Positions 11,301 through 21,035 of a stretch of DNA of 64,000 nt are shown one piece after another. The notes below the pieces were generated by a model that was given only the letters and a program-made list of their open reading frames with translations, had not been told where the DNA came from and ran no database searches. This DNA is from a virus. Location of the stretch: IMG/VR virus record IMGVR_UViG_3300005758_000578, positions 48,049 to 112,048 of that record. One strand, written 5' to 3'. A program made the translations under genes and the position numbers. Position 1 is the stretch's first letter, and each line of letters begins with the position of its first letter.

Positions 11301-12799
11301 TCAGCTAAGTAGATCATAATACCTCCAGCTTCTGGAGTATCATATAATCTATCATAATAATTTTTAGAGGCACCTGCTACAACTTCTTGAGAAATTTCTT
11401 GAAGACCTTCAGATAGATTTCTCTTAAAGTATTGAGCTCCAAAACTTAAATACTCTTTTGGTTTTAATATTTTCTTAGCTGCTTCTTTTGCAGTTAATAC
11501 TGTAGCACCTTCTGTACTTGCAATGATTTGTTCTCCAGTTAGTGCTGATCTTGCAATAACATCATTTGTTGGAGCATTTAACATTGCTGATTTGCCTTTA
11601 AATAAGTTATTAAAAGTAATAGCATTAGTTAAATATATAAGAGGAGTATTAATAGCACTTGTAGTAAAACCAGCATCACTAGCTAAACTATAAATTCTAT
11701 TCATCTCTTCTTGCTCTGGATAATATCCATTCTCTGCAACAAATTGATTTATCTTATCATCAATAAACTCATTCTTAACAGCACCACCTTCCATAGAAGC
11801 TTCAGCAACTGTATATCCAACTTGCTTAAGATCTAATATAAAATCACCAACACCTCTTACAGCATTAGCATAACCAATCACATTGTCTCCAGCATTTATT
11901 GTATTTCTAACATTTGATAATGTTCTTGGTACAAGCGCTTCTGCAACACTCTTAACACCTTGACCAAGACGTGTAGCATCTAAACCTTTAATAGCACTGT
12001 ATGCTTCTCTTGCACCATTAGCAGTAAATAACTTACGCATATTAGCTAAGTCTTTAGCTGCTTTAACTGTTTTAGCAGAACTAGCTCCCAAAGCTGCTGG
12101 TAAAGTAGCACCTTCTGTTAGGGCAACACTACCCGCAATTACAGCTTCAGTTAATAAATAGTCACCAACAATACCTGCTACAAATCCAGATTGTAATAAT
12201 AAGTTAGAGGCAAACTGTGTAGCACCACCTTTAGTACTACCATACTCTGCCATAATCTGAGCAAACTCATCAGCTGCTTTTTCATCAGTCATTGAGAAAT
12301 CACCGGTAAGCATCTCACCCATTCCTCTATAACTAGACTTTACTACAGATAATCCTAAAGCTGGAACACCTAGTAATCCTCTGCCAAGATCTTCATACCA
12401 AGATCTATTTTGATTATAGATCTCATCATTATTAGATAAAGGATCAAAACCTAACTTATAGAAGTTATCATTGTCATTGTAATATCTATTAAAGTTAGTT
12501 TTCTGATATCCGGATTGAAAAGTTTTAATCTTAGACTTTTCAAAAACAAGATCAGATTCAGTAATAGGAGATGATAAAACATCCTTAGTAATATCAAAAG
12601 GATTATTTTTACTATAATTTACTTCAAATCCTCCGGTAGGAACTGCTGGTATACTAACATCTTCATTGTAAGGAACCAACTGTGCACCAGACGGTAAAGA
12701 ATTCATACCATCTACAAATACCATATCTGGTCCTTGTAATGAATTAGGTATACCGGGCTCTATACCTGGAGGTGGTAAAATGTTTTCAAAATCCGCCAT
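8387..12799 (-). CDS. Large virion cargo/ejection protein (1470 aa)
   Basis: Directly upstream of the vRNAP. Gly/Ala-rich hydrophobic helices (e.g. FASGFLMGGLTGIAG), EGLQE motif and coiled-coil regions; synteny with crAss-like cargo genes. Confidence 0.7.
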   Translation of the reverse strand: MADFENILPPPGIEPGIPNSLQGPDMVFVDGMNSLPSGAQLVPYNEDVSIPAVPTGGFEVNYSKNNPFDITKDVLSSPITESDLVFEKSKIKTFQSGYQKTNFNRYYNDNDNFYKLGFDPLSNNDEIYNQNRSWYEDLGRGLLGVPALGLSVVKSSYRGMGEMLTGDFSMTDEKAADEFAQIMAEYGSTKGGATQFASNLLLQSGFVAGIVGDYLLTEAVIAGSVALTEGATLPAALGASSAKTVKAAKDLANMRKLFTANGAREAYSAIKGLDATRLGQGVKSVAEALVPRTLSNVRNTINAGDNVIGYANAVRGVGDFILDLKQVGYTVAEASMEGGAVKNEFIDDKINQFVAENGYYPEQEEMNRIYSLASDAGFTTSAINTPLIYLTNAITFNNLFKGKSAMLNAPTNDVIARSALTGEQIIASTEGATVLTAKEAAKKILKPKEYLSFGAQYFKRNLSEGLQEISQEVVAGASKNYYDRLYDTPEAGGIMIYLADAYENTKKQASMQGLEVFASGFLMGGLTGIAGNLANVSRRAGSNIYYNYIKNDPEKYNQLYKAEQERFKNIVSELDDAIKNGQKVLTLDIEDLLTQVRLGTDMVEARKNFDEKAFHDLKDMARFNSIYTALESGKFDLLIEKLQNLKDMKGDELKQAFDLTEDVTDEQALKILDVSIERAKQIKEQYKEFSDYKNPFNPNKFRRTNLSDPETKDAYVKEVINYKAFEEARKVAVFSLHGREQAQKRMGDLTDRLTAIGTIGKLTYSDITPLLNSNNLEQELDLLDSEIKSLTGSTDKETLKILNYKKAKKKALELYKTNLEKVGDVSDPQELKNKRFLKDAFVKYFNTLAQEAGTTISKGQSEEAYNIVTDYYSLADDVNIFTENLNSLYDPQTFYNYVNRLIEQQKYRQEKQVAYMQKARKAFINSVKLRDFIQFLADRGFGIKLSSLPKDVSKDYDEFVKTVINDLDVVFIDFNSDREFDKTDPRSLLIFNIINEFDGIVTEEKTEEAPVEEVVTEEEVVEEQPAVSDEIQQEEGVPLIQSVKQFNGLPLKLQGLIRSALAQQNSAREADGEDELPLDRFLRTASVRRIISKFFKDPENAADVKAFNEKKAPAKPAEAPKAEPAKPTSTQPTDARANIEKRTTKIISSEIVEKGNRKGQTRTVSQTNSITDLDGTLVSVTEYEANVGDTTETLGGKSMTLKEFKEEFPLDEDYAEIFEGLDDDSRITVIKVKRAPTSSRFSSVVSVYTTQFGKMDVGIKSDDVKYNAELVALEQPVTETEVVTDPLQPILDTISKAKSLSELDTMLEELDLDLLAEDPTNIDTINQAIESRKQELSKSVKYENVKKGDVLVFGDNKFGLVEKVTSTKLVVVPLYGERMTPAKDANKRITVLKKDFSKMVKSLYDTEANVVVGTKDVPSPSAEEKKIIETNSQNIDDFLDNEEATKKLEDQTNNKSEKDVNNDFFNNIGC

Positions 12800-12807
12800 T
12801 ATAATTT

Positions 12808-15375
12808 TTATTCAGTAATCTGATCAAACCTGCTAAGGAGATTGTTAAAGTATATAGAATTCATGTTATCCTGAATAAATGGATCAATTCTTCCAGTAGA
12901 TGAATTATATGCTGTTCCTGATGCAGAAATGCTACCATCATTATTCTGAGTAAATGTAATATCAATATTACTATTAGGATTTTTATATCTATAAGAACCA
13001 GTATTATTTAAAATCAATTGTCTATCAGATGTCTCTAATCTAGTAGCAATAGGATTTGTAACAATCTCTCTTGGAATAACTGCTGTAATACCTCTAGCAA
13101 TAATATTATTATATTGAGCTTCACTAATAAGACCGGATTCTTTTAAAGCTTTTAACTCTTTGTCATTAGAAGAAGGTCTTACAGTTAATGAATGATAATT
13201 ATTATTACCTAAAGCTCTTCCAGCATAATCATATGCAATAGCTGTTTTATCAACAGCCATCTTAGAACGTAAATTATTAAAGTAAGCTTTTAATTCAGGT
13301 ATTGATTCCATATCTGCAAATACACCTTGGCTTTGCGCTGTAACATCAGCAGCATTACCAACACCTACTTTAACTACTGGATTATTTACATCATTCATTA
13401 CACCAATAAATCCAATTGTAGTTGGTGACATAAACTTCTTAGGATCAGCAACACCAGTTACATAGTTAGAGATATACTGACCATCTCCTCCTGCACCTAC
13501 AGGTTTATACCCAGCTTTATTTTGAGCTAGATTTACATAATTAGCTTTATACTCTTCAGAAACATCTGCATAGTTTTCAGCAAAAGTTTCAAATGACATA
13601 GAATAACCAGAATTAGCTAATGCTTTATATGCAGAATTAACATCTCTTAATGATCCATCTTTAGTAAACATAGCTCCTAAAATATTTGGATTATATTCAT
13701 TGCTAGCAATCATATTACTAACTACTACTTTATTATTACTTGCTACTACTGCAGAATTAGAATAAGCTAATTGTTTCCTATCATTTGCAGCAATTAATAA
13801 AGGCGCCATCTTTTTACTTAAATTAGGATCAGCAGATAGCATATTCTCTATTCTTTCCTGAATTTTATTAAGTCCAGTTAAACCAATCTTACCTTGTTTA
13901 AGAGCAGTCATGGTAAATCCAGCACCTGATACAGCAGATTCAATTGCACTTTGTAATTCAGGATCATTAGTATTATAGATACTTTGAGCTAATGCAGAAA
14001 CACTTCCAGCATATTGCTTCCAACTAGTATTAAATTCTTGTCTATCTGCAGCAAGAGGATCACCAGAAACACCAGCTTGATAACTTGTAGAACCTGCCAT
14101 AAACTGATCTTGTCCACCAGCTTGAAAAAGCATTTTCTCTCTTTCAAAATCTTGTCTGATTTTTTCTTTTTTTGTCCAAGTAGAAAATTCTAAACTATTT
14201 TTGAATGCCTCAAGTCTATAAGGATCAGCCTCTCTTTTAACAGAGTAATTTTTATATGCTTCTGTTTCAGAAGCTCTAGCTAATTCATCAGAAATAAAAC
14301 TTGTAGCTTTAGAAGCCTGAAAAGCTCTGCCTAATAAATCTATATCTTGTGTTTCAATGGCACTATTAATCTGTTTAATTCTATCTTCTAAATTAGTAAG
14401 TATTTGATCACCAGTAGCTTTTTCTTTTGCTAATGTTTGATATTGTGCTTGTTCTTTTGGTGAAAGTTTATCTCCCCTGTTTATTCTAGACTCATATACA
14501 CTTAGTTTACTAGAGGTTGTAGATACACTTTCTCTAATATCCTCTAATCTAGACATATCATTTTCTAAAGCTACATCAGCATTATTAATATAATATTCTT
14601 GTTTAGCAGCATTGATATCACCATTATACTTTTGATTTGCTAAAGTGGTAATATCATTCATAGATCTAACATAAGCATCTTCTTGAGCATAAGCTCTAAC
14701 ATTAGGATCATTTCCTAATGCCATACTTAAATATTGTCTAATTACATTTATAGATTTTGGACCACCGGTAGTAGTAATATTATAACCACCTTTTAACTCT
14801 TCAACTGATATGTTTTTAAAATCATCACCGATTAACTCATGAGCCATCTTTGCAATGTTCACAGCTGGCACATATTTAGGTAAAGGCATTTTGTATGCCT
14901 TATCTGCAGATGACATTTTAAATTCCATCTGTCTATACTGTAGACCTTGTACTCCTACTGGAGACCATTTAGCTTGTGTTTCAGGATCATTAGCAGTTCT
15001 ATAAGCTTCTGCTTCACGTTGACCTTGCCTAACACCTTTAGTAAACATGATGTCATACTGCATCTTTTTATCATCTACAAAAGGTTGAAATACTTGCTGA
15101 GCTAATTGTACATTAGCGGGATCAGAGAGATCTAAAGATGTAATTTGCTGAATAGCTTTTTCAGAGTTCTTCAGAAAGTTATCTCTAGCAATTCTATTAT
15201 CATCTCTTGTAAGATCAGCATATACAATACTACCGTATGCGCCACTTAATTGATTAAGTGCGCTATCATACCTAGCCTGTCTTGTTGCTAAAACCGTATT
15301 AAGAAAATCAAAATTGGGTTTGTAAGGTTCAGCCTTTGGTATATAATCGGTAAGACCTTGAATGTAACTAGCCAT
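12808..15375 (-). CDS. Virion cargo/ejection protein (855 aa)
   Basis: Helical protein with N-terminal PYKPNFDFL..VL..RQARYD; lies in the cargo cluster. Confidence 0.6.
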   Translation of the reverse strand: MASYIQGLTDYIPKAEPYKPNFDFLNTVLATRQARYDSALNQLSGAYGSIVYADLTRDDNRIARDNFLKNSEKAIQQITSLDLSDPANVQLAQQVFQPFVDDKKMQYDIMFTKGVRQGQREAEAYRTANDPETQAKWSPVGVQGLQYRQMEFKMSSADKAYKMPLPKYVPAVNIAKMAHELIGDDFKNISVEELKGGYNITTTGGPKSINVIRQYLSMALGNDPNVRAYAQEDAYVRSMNDITTLANQKYNGDINAAKQEYYINNADVALENDMSRLEDIRESVSTTSSKLSVYESRINRGDKLSPKEQAQYQTLAKEKATGDQILTNLEDRIKQINSAIETQDIDLLGRAFQASKATSFISDELARASETEAYKNYSVKREADPYRLEAFKNSLEFSTWTKKEKIRQDFEREKMLFQAGGQDQFMAGSTSYQAGVSGDPLAADRQEFNTSWKQYAGSVSALAQSIYNTNDPELQSAIESAVSGAGFTMTALKQGKIGLTGLNKIQERIENMLSADPNLSKKMAPLLIAANDRKQLAYSNSAVVASNNKVVVSNMIASNEYNPNILGAMFTKDGSLRDVNSAYKALANSGYSMSFETFAENYADVSEEYKANYVNLAQNKAGYKPVGAGGDGQYISNYVTGVADPKKFMSPTTIGFIGVMNDVNNPVVKVGVGNAADVTAQSQGVFADMESIPELKAYFNNLRSKMAVDKTAIAYDYAGRALGNNNYHSLTVRPSSNDKELKALKESGLISEAQYNNIIARGITAVIPREIVTNPIATRLETSDRQLILNNTGSYRYKNPNSNIDITFTQNNDGSISASGTAYNSSTGRIDPFIQDNMNSIYFNNLLSRFDQITE

Positions 15376-15429
15376 TATCTATATTATAAATATAACAAAT
15401 ATAAAGTTAAACTATTAAACCTTTAAGAT

Positions 15430-18400
15430 TTAAGCAGTCTTATTCCTTCTTTTAGACATACCAGCTTGAGCAGCTGCAATATTACCACGCTCATCTACAT
15501 TTACATCACCCATAATACCTTTAAGCAAAGCAGCTTGTACTGAAGGATCTGTAAAATCAAATGGTATACCAGTTGATTCTAAATAAGCCATCATATCATT
15601 ACCTCTTTGTGCTGGGGTAATCTGTCTACCAGGTGTATAATAAGTTTTAAGATAAGCAGGATCAACAAAGAAATTAGGATATAGACTATTCATTTGATCA
15701 GTCATAAATCTATTATCTAATGCAGCATTTGCATAATCTACAACTTGTCTTCTACCAGCTCTTCTAGCATTATCATATTGCTGATTAGTAGTAACTGTCT
15801 TATCATAGAAGTCATTAGCGGCTAATTGATTTCTAAAGTTAGCTTCATTAATCAATTGCTTATTGGCTTGTTCAAACTGATTAGCTACACCAACGTTTAA
15901 GTTATTATATCTACCCAAGATATTAGCTGCATTAGCTAAACCTTTACCTTGTACATCAGAGAATCTAGCATTAAATGATTGCGGTCCGGTAAACTGTGCT
16001 AAATTACTAGCAGCAATATTAGCCATCTCAGCATTAGCGGCCAACTCTCTATTAGGATCATAGAATGTAGGCTTCATAGGCTCTGCGGTAAACTGTGCCA
16101 TTCTAGGAAAGTATCTATTAATACTAGCTAAGTCACCAACAGCAGCTGCAGTATTTAATACATCTTGAGGATAGAAACCAATTGGTCTTCTTTTAGCTGG
16201 TGGTGGAGGAATTAATTCTCCTGGAGGAATCTCTTCTCTTGGAGTTTCTGGTGGTGGTGGAATTTTATCAATAGTAATAGTTGGACGAGACCATGTATAA
16301 TGACCAAACATTTTATCTAATCTATTGGGATCTTTTGAATTAGGATCAAAACCAAATTCTAATACATTCTTCTTAGCTTCTTCTTCACTTAAACCAGCTT
16401 TAATAGATTGATCATAAATATCATTGTTATACCAGTTTTGGAAAATTTCATTGTCAGCTTGATTTTTAGGATTAAAATTAGGATAGAATTTTAAAAATCT
16501 TGCTTGTCTTCTAGTAAAGTCATCTTTGTTTTCACCAGCATACCAGTCTTCAGTACCAAATGTTCCACTACCTTCTCTTCCACCTTGACGACCTGGAGTC
16601 ATACTCCATTCTTTACCTTCATATCTTTTAGGTACAGTAAGTTTAATACCAGCTTTTTCTAACTCAGAAAGTCTAGCAGGATTAATAGTTCTATAGTTAG
16701 GTTCAATAGTTTTAGAACCTAATTCTTTACCTGATGCATCTACAATACTTACAGTATTACCTTTAGTAATTCTTTTACCTTTACTACCATCTGGTAATGT
16801 AACTACTTCTACATATTCTTTCTCTCCAGTTACTTGACCTGCTGTTTGGTATTGTTCTAATTCTCCACCATATTCTTTTTGATCAAGCATGCTATTAATT
16901 TTTTCATTAAGCAAATCATCAATTGTTAATGGTGTAGTTTGTGTTTGTGGTTTAGCTACATTAACAGGTTTTGGAGTTTGAGTAATAGGTTTAGCTTTTT
17001 GTGTTACTGGAGCAGCTTGTTTAACTGGTGCTGCAGGAACTGTATCCACTTGTTGTTTAGCAAATGGTTGATTAATAGAATTTAAAAATTCTTGTCTTCC
17101 TTTATCTACTCTTTGAATATAAGAAGGAATACCACTAGATTTAATAACTAAATCAATTGCAGCTTCTGGATTATTAAATGTATAATCCTGAAATCTTTGA
17201 GGAGACATGTTAACCGCAGATACACTATATGGTGCAGCTTGCATATTGGCTGTAGGTTTAACTTGCCATCTACCATCTTTAAATTCAATATCTTCTGCTG
17301 TATATGGTTTTGTTCTATTAACACGAACATTAGCACCAGTTTGAGCTTTAGGAATACCACCATATCTAGCCATCATCATACCTTCTTCAGGAGATGGTGG
17401 TAAGAACTGTGCAGGATCTAATCCTACTTTATCCATATAAGGAACAGCAATCTGTGGAATACCTTGTGGGAATCCTTTTTGAGATTCTTGTACAAGAGCT
17501 AACTTACCTAAGTTAGAGATATAGTTATCAGCCATCATAACAGATGTAGCTTTACGTAAAAGATCATTTTCAGAATATAAACCCTCACGTAATTCTTTAT
17601 TGTTAAGATCAAACTTCTTAGAAATTTGAGCAGGAGTGTAGCCACCTTTCTTAGCAGCAAAGCCAAAAGATTCTAAGATAGCCGGATCTTTAATCTTCAT
17701 AGCTTTTGTATCTGAGTAAATAAAACTATCTGGTGTAGCTTTTTCTCCAGATAATGGAGTACCACCTTGAGAGTGACGTTTACCACCAATAGTAAAGAAC
17801 TCAGGAATTGTACTATCAGTACCCTTACGTACTAAAGTTTCTCCCTTCTCTGCTTCCAATACAGAAATAGATCTAGGATCCGGTCCTAATGTCTGACCAT
17901 ATTGTTCTTGTGGTTCACCTTTAGTTGCACCATTAAACATGTTCATCATATAAGCCGAGTTACCATATAACTGATTAACAGCTTTAGCATCTTGAGTACC
18001 ACCATATCCAGCTTGTGGTAAACTTGTAATTTTTACTTTTCTTTTCATTTCTCCACCCATCTGGGCAATTTTATTGTAACCTTCAATTATAGCTTCATCA
18101 GGTCTAAAGTCTAAACCAAAACCAGGAGTATTTACTAAATAGTCTCCTCTATTACCAGAATAATCTTCAGGTCTTACATTATATAAGTTATCAGATAAAA
18201 GCTGATTTCTGAAATCTTGTTTAACATTTCTATCTTGAAGTTTTCTAGAAACAGATTTAAATATATCTGTACCGGCTAATAACATTGGTCCTATATAAGG
18301 ATTAGCATTATTAGAATTATTAGTGTTAGTAGCCTTTAATGATTTACCTGGTATTTGATAATCCCAAGATTGATAAGCTGTTGGTTTCCAATCACTTGGC

Positions 18401-18768
18401 ATTTCTAATGGTACACCTGTTGATAATGCTGGAGTTAAATTATTTTGTCCTTGATAAACATCAGCTGGCAAAAAATTAGCAAATGATGTACCTCTTATAT
18501 TAGAGGTGTTTTCATTTATTTTATTTCCTACATTAAAAGATCCTGTAGTATTAGGATCTCCTTGATATACATCTGCATAAAATGAAGGACTAGTATTTAA
18601 ATTAAATGTAGGCATTCCCACATTAAAATTACCAGTAAACTGTGGTACATTACCATAAGGATTTTGCTGACCATAGTACTTAAGTCTTTGATCTGGTGTT
18701 AAAACCATAGATGCTTCTGTACCAACTTGAGCTTTTGGTAAGCTCTTAATTTTTACTTTCTTCTTCAT
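15430..18768 (-). CDS. Virion cargo protein (1112 aa) with x-x-x-G-G motifs
   Basis: Contains an EAEKGE...GGKRHSQGG...FIYSD segment and an Asn/Gln/Ala-rich C-terminus; duplicated K(K/R)KVKI.SLP.A..G motif. Confidence 0.6.
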   Translation of the reverse strand: MKKKVKIKSLPKAQVGTEASMVLTPDQRLKYYGQQNPYGNVPQFTGNFNVGMPTFNLNTSPSFYADVYQGDPNTTGSFNVGNKINENTSNIRGTSFANFLPADVYQGQNNLTPALSTGVPLEMPSDWKPTAYQSWDYQIPGKSLKATNTNNSNNANPYIGPMLLAGTDIFKSVSRKLQDRNVKQDFRNQLLSDNLYNVRPEDYSGNRGDYLVNTPGFGLDFRPDEAIIEGYNKIAQMGGEMKRKVKITSLPQAGYGGTQDAKAVNQLYGNSAYMMNMFNGATKGEPQEQYGQTLGPDPRSISVLEAEKGETLVRKGTDSTIPEFFTIGGKRHSQGGTPLSGEKATPDSFIYSDTKAMKIKDPAILESFGFAAKKGGYTPAQISKKFDLNNKELREGLYSENDLLRKATSVMMADNYISNLGKLALVQESQKGFPQGIPQIAVPYMDKVGLDPAQFLPPSPEEGMMMARYGGIPKAQTGANVRVNRTKPYTAEDIEFKDGRWQVKPTANMQAAPYSVSAVNMSPQRFQDYTFNNPEAAIDLVIKSSGIPSYIQRVDKGRQEFLNSINQPFAKQQVDTVPAAPVKQAAPVTQKAKPITQTPKPVNVAKPQTQTTPLTIDDLLNEKINSMLDQKEYGGELEQYQTAGQVTGEKEYVEVVTLPDGSKGKRITKGNTVSIVDASGKELGSKTIEPNYRTINPARLSELEKAGIKLTVPKRYEGKEWSMTPGRQGGREGSGTFGTEDWYAGENKDDFTRRQARFLKFYPNFNPKNQADNEIFQNWYNNDIYDQSIKAGLSEEEAKKNVLEFGFDPNSKDPNRLDKMFGHYTWSRPTITIDKIPPPPETPREEIPPGELIPPPPAKRRPIGFYPQDVLNTAAAVGDLASINRYFPRMAQFTAEPMKPTFYDPNRELAANAEMANIAASNLAQFTGPQSFNARFSDVQGKGLANAANILGRYNNLNVGVANQFEQANKQLINEANFRNQLAANDFYDKTVTTNQQYDNARRAGRRQVVDYANAALDNRFMTDQMNSLYPNFFVDPAYLKTYYTPGRQITPAQRGNDMMAYLESTGIPFDFTDPSVQAALLKGIMGDVNVDERGNIAAAQAGMSKRRNKTA

Positions 18769-18772
18769 TGCA

Positions 18773-21031
18773 TTAATCTAAATACTCAATACCATACCCC
18801 TGATCAATTAATGCTTGAATTTCATCGGGATGTAATTCTAATTCAGCACCTTCAGTCATACCACCAAATTGTTTTTTCCATTTAGCAGCGTTTCTAGCAA
18901 AGTTAGCTCTTTTTACTTGTGTTGCACTATAGTCCTCTTTATTTGCAAGTACGTGTCTAGCAAACTCTTGCACACCCATGCCGGCTCTATTAGCTGACTC
19001 TGTAAACTTACCTTTATTAGCAGGATTGATATGAATACCACCATTCTTCATTTGATCAGTTTGTGCTTCTTGAATAGCCTGCATAATCTTTTGAATAGCT
19101 TCTTGCTGTTGTATAGGAGGTAAAGATTGTAATTGTGCCATAAGTTGTTGAGGATCAGTTTGAGTCATTTGTGCATACATTTGAATAGCTTGCATAATTT
19201 CATCCTGTTGACCACCTTGTTGATACGTATTACCACCTTTCATCATCTGGTACATGGCATCCATATCCATTTCACCACCATACATATCAGTGTCACCACC
19301 ATACATCTTTCTACTATTTCTATAAATCTGACGTAATTCTTTAGCATCAGGATCATTACCAGTACCAAGTCTAGGATCATTAGAGTTTCTATAAATATCT
19401 AATCCCTCTCTTTCTTGTTTGTTTCTGATTTCATTACCAATCATAAATCCTACAGTGCCTAATCCAGCAACTGCAGTAGCTATTGCATCATTACGCTTCT
19501 TTTTCTTAGCGGCTTTAGCGGCAGCTTCTGCAGCGGCTTTTTGTTCTTCAGTTAATGGAGCTCCACCATCCTGGAATGATTTCTTATATGGTTCTTTAAA
19601 TACAGGATTACCCAAAGGTTTACCAGTTCTTGGATCTACACTTTCTGTAAAAGTCTTCCCAGTTGGCATTTTTGGATTAGCTGTATTAAATATCATACGC
19701 CCGGTTTGATCTGTATAAGTAGGAGGATTAGTATTTATAAAGTATTCATATAACTGATCACGTGATGGCATATCACGTTTCTGTACTCCAGCTTGGTTTA
19801 ACTGCTGCACTTGTTGATTATAATACTGTTCAAATCTAGGATCTTCTACTGGCTGACCACCATCTTGCATAAAAGGATAAGTCATACCACCGTATGCCAT
19901 ATTAGATAAGATCTTAGCTTGTACATAATCTGGCAATGCTTGGAATCCAGCATTAGTTGGTTCACCACCATTAGCCCAAGTACCAAAACGCTTGTGCCAG
20001 TATAAAGGAGAGAATGGATCTTTAGCTTTAGCTGAATTCTTACCACCCATTCTATTCCAGAAATTATCCTTACGCTTCTCAGAATGATGTTGGCTAAAAT
20101 CTTTCATACCGGTATAGCCACCATGTACAATTTTATACTTATCACCTTTCTTAGCTAGTACCATCCACTTCTTACCAGCTCTATCAGATTTTCTCTTAAC
20201 TCCTACTTTAGTAAAACCTCTACTCTTATAACGCTGAGGAATACCACCCATCTTCATCTCTTCCATTTCACCCATGCTCATATCAATATCTTCCTCTTCT
20301 TCCTCTTCCTCACCTTCATTATATTGCATATAATCAGCAACAGTATTTAAATAATCATCTGCTAATGTAATCTTACTAGCTACCCAGGGATCAATCTCTG
20401 TATTACCGTTGATGAAGTTTTGTAATCTAGATAGTTTATCATGCATTGCCATAATCTGACCAGCTGCCATTTCACCACCTTCATCATACTGAGTATCACG
20501 CATCATAATACCGGCACCACCCATTTGCATAGCTGGCATACCCATAACATTCATAGCTAATTTTGCCATCTGCATTTTATCTCCGCTATCTCCCTCAGCA
20601 TTATTCATAGCAGTACTAGCAGCCATTGCACCATTAAGTACAAAATCACCAATAGCATTCATAGGATTATTAGCTCTATCCTCATTCATCTTTTGATAAT
20701 AAGAAACCATATTACCATTATAGTTAGGATATTGGAAAATCTCTTGGTCTTGTAATCCACCACCAGTTTGAGCTTTTCTATATCCACCACCACGACTCTT
20801 ATAAGTTTTAACTAACCAGGCAGAACCATATGCACTAGGCCATCTATCAAATTTAGATTTAGCTTCAGCTTTAACACGAGAATATAATTCAGGATTAGTG
20901 GGTACATTACCACCTTTCTTCATCTGTCTAGCTTCAGGATAGGCTTGAAAGAATGCTTCTTCTGTAGGAAACATAGAATAGAATTCCTTCTCAGATTTAA
21001 CACCAGCTATCTTTAAAAATTTATCTTTCAT
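18773..21031 (-). CDS. Modular GG-punctuated protein (752 aa), putative polyprotein
   Basis: 15 x-x-x-G-G motifs separate short, compositionally distinct modules. Confidence 0.6.
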   Translation of the reverse strand: MKDKFLKIAGVKSEKEFYSMFPTEEAFFQAYPEARQMKKGGNVPTNPELYSRVKAEAKSKFDRWPSAYGSAWLVKTYKSRGGGYRKAQTGGGLQDQEIFQYPNYNGNMVSYYQKMNEDRANNPMNAIGDFVLNGAMAASTAMNNAEGDSGDKMQMAKLAMNVMGMPAMQMGGAGIMMRDTQYDEGGEMAAGQIMAMHDKLSRLQNFINGNTEIDPWVASKITLADDYLNTVADYMQYNEGEEEEEEEDIDMSMGEMEEMKMGGIPQRYKSRGFTKVGVKRKSDRAGKKWMVLAKKGDKYKIVHGGYTGMKDFSQHHSEKRKDNFWNRMGGKNSAKAKDPFSPLYWHKRFGTWANGGEPTNAGFQALPDYVQAKILSNMAYGGMTYPFMQDGGQPVEDPRFEQYYNQQVQQLNQAGVQKRDMPSRDQLYEYFINTNPPTYTDQTGRMIFNTANPKMPTGKTFTESVDPRTGKPLGNPVFKEPYKKSFQDGGAPLTEEQKAAAEAAAKAAKKKKRNDAIATAVAGLGTVGFMIGNEIRNKQEREGLDIYRNSNDPRLGTGNDPDAKELRQIYRNSRKMYGGDTDMYGGEMDMDAMYQMMKGGNTYQQGGQQDEIMQAIQMYAQMTQTDPQQLMAQLQSLPPIQQQEAIQKIMQAIQEAQTDQMKNGGIHINPANKGKFTESANRAGMGVQEFARHVLANKEDYSATQVKRANFARNAAKWKKQFGGMTEGAELELHPDEIQALIDQGYGIEYLD

Positions 21032-21035
21032 TTTG

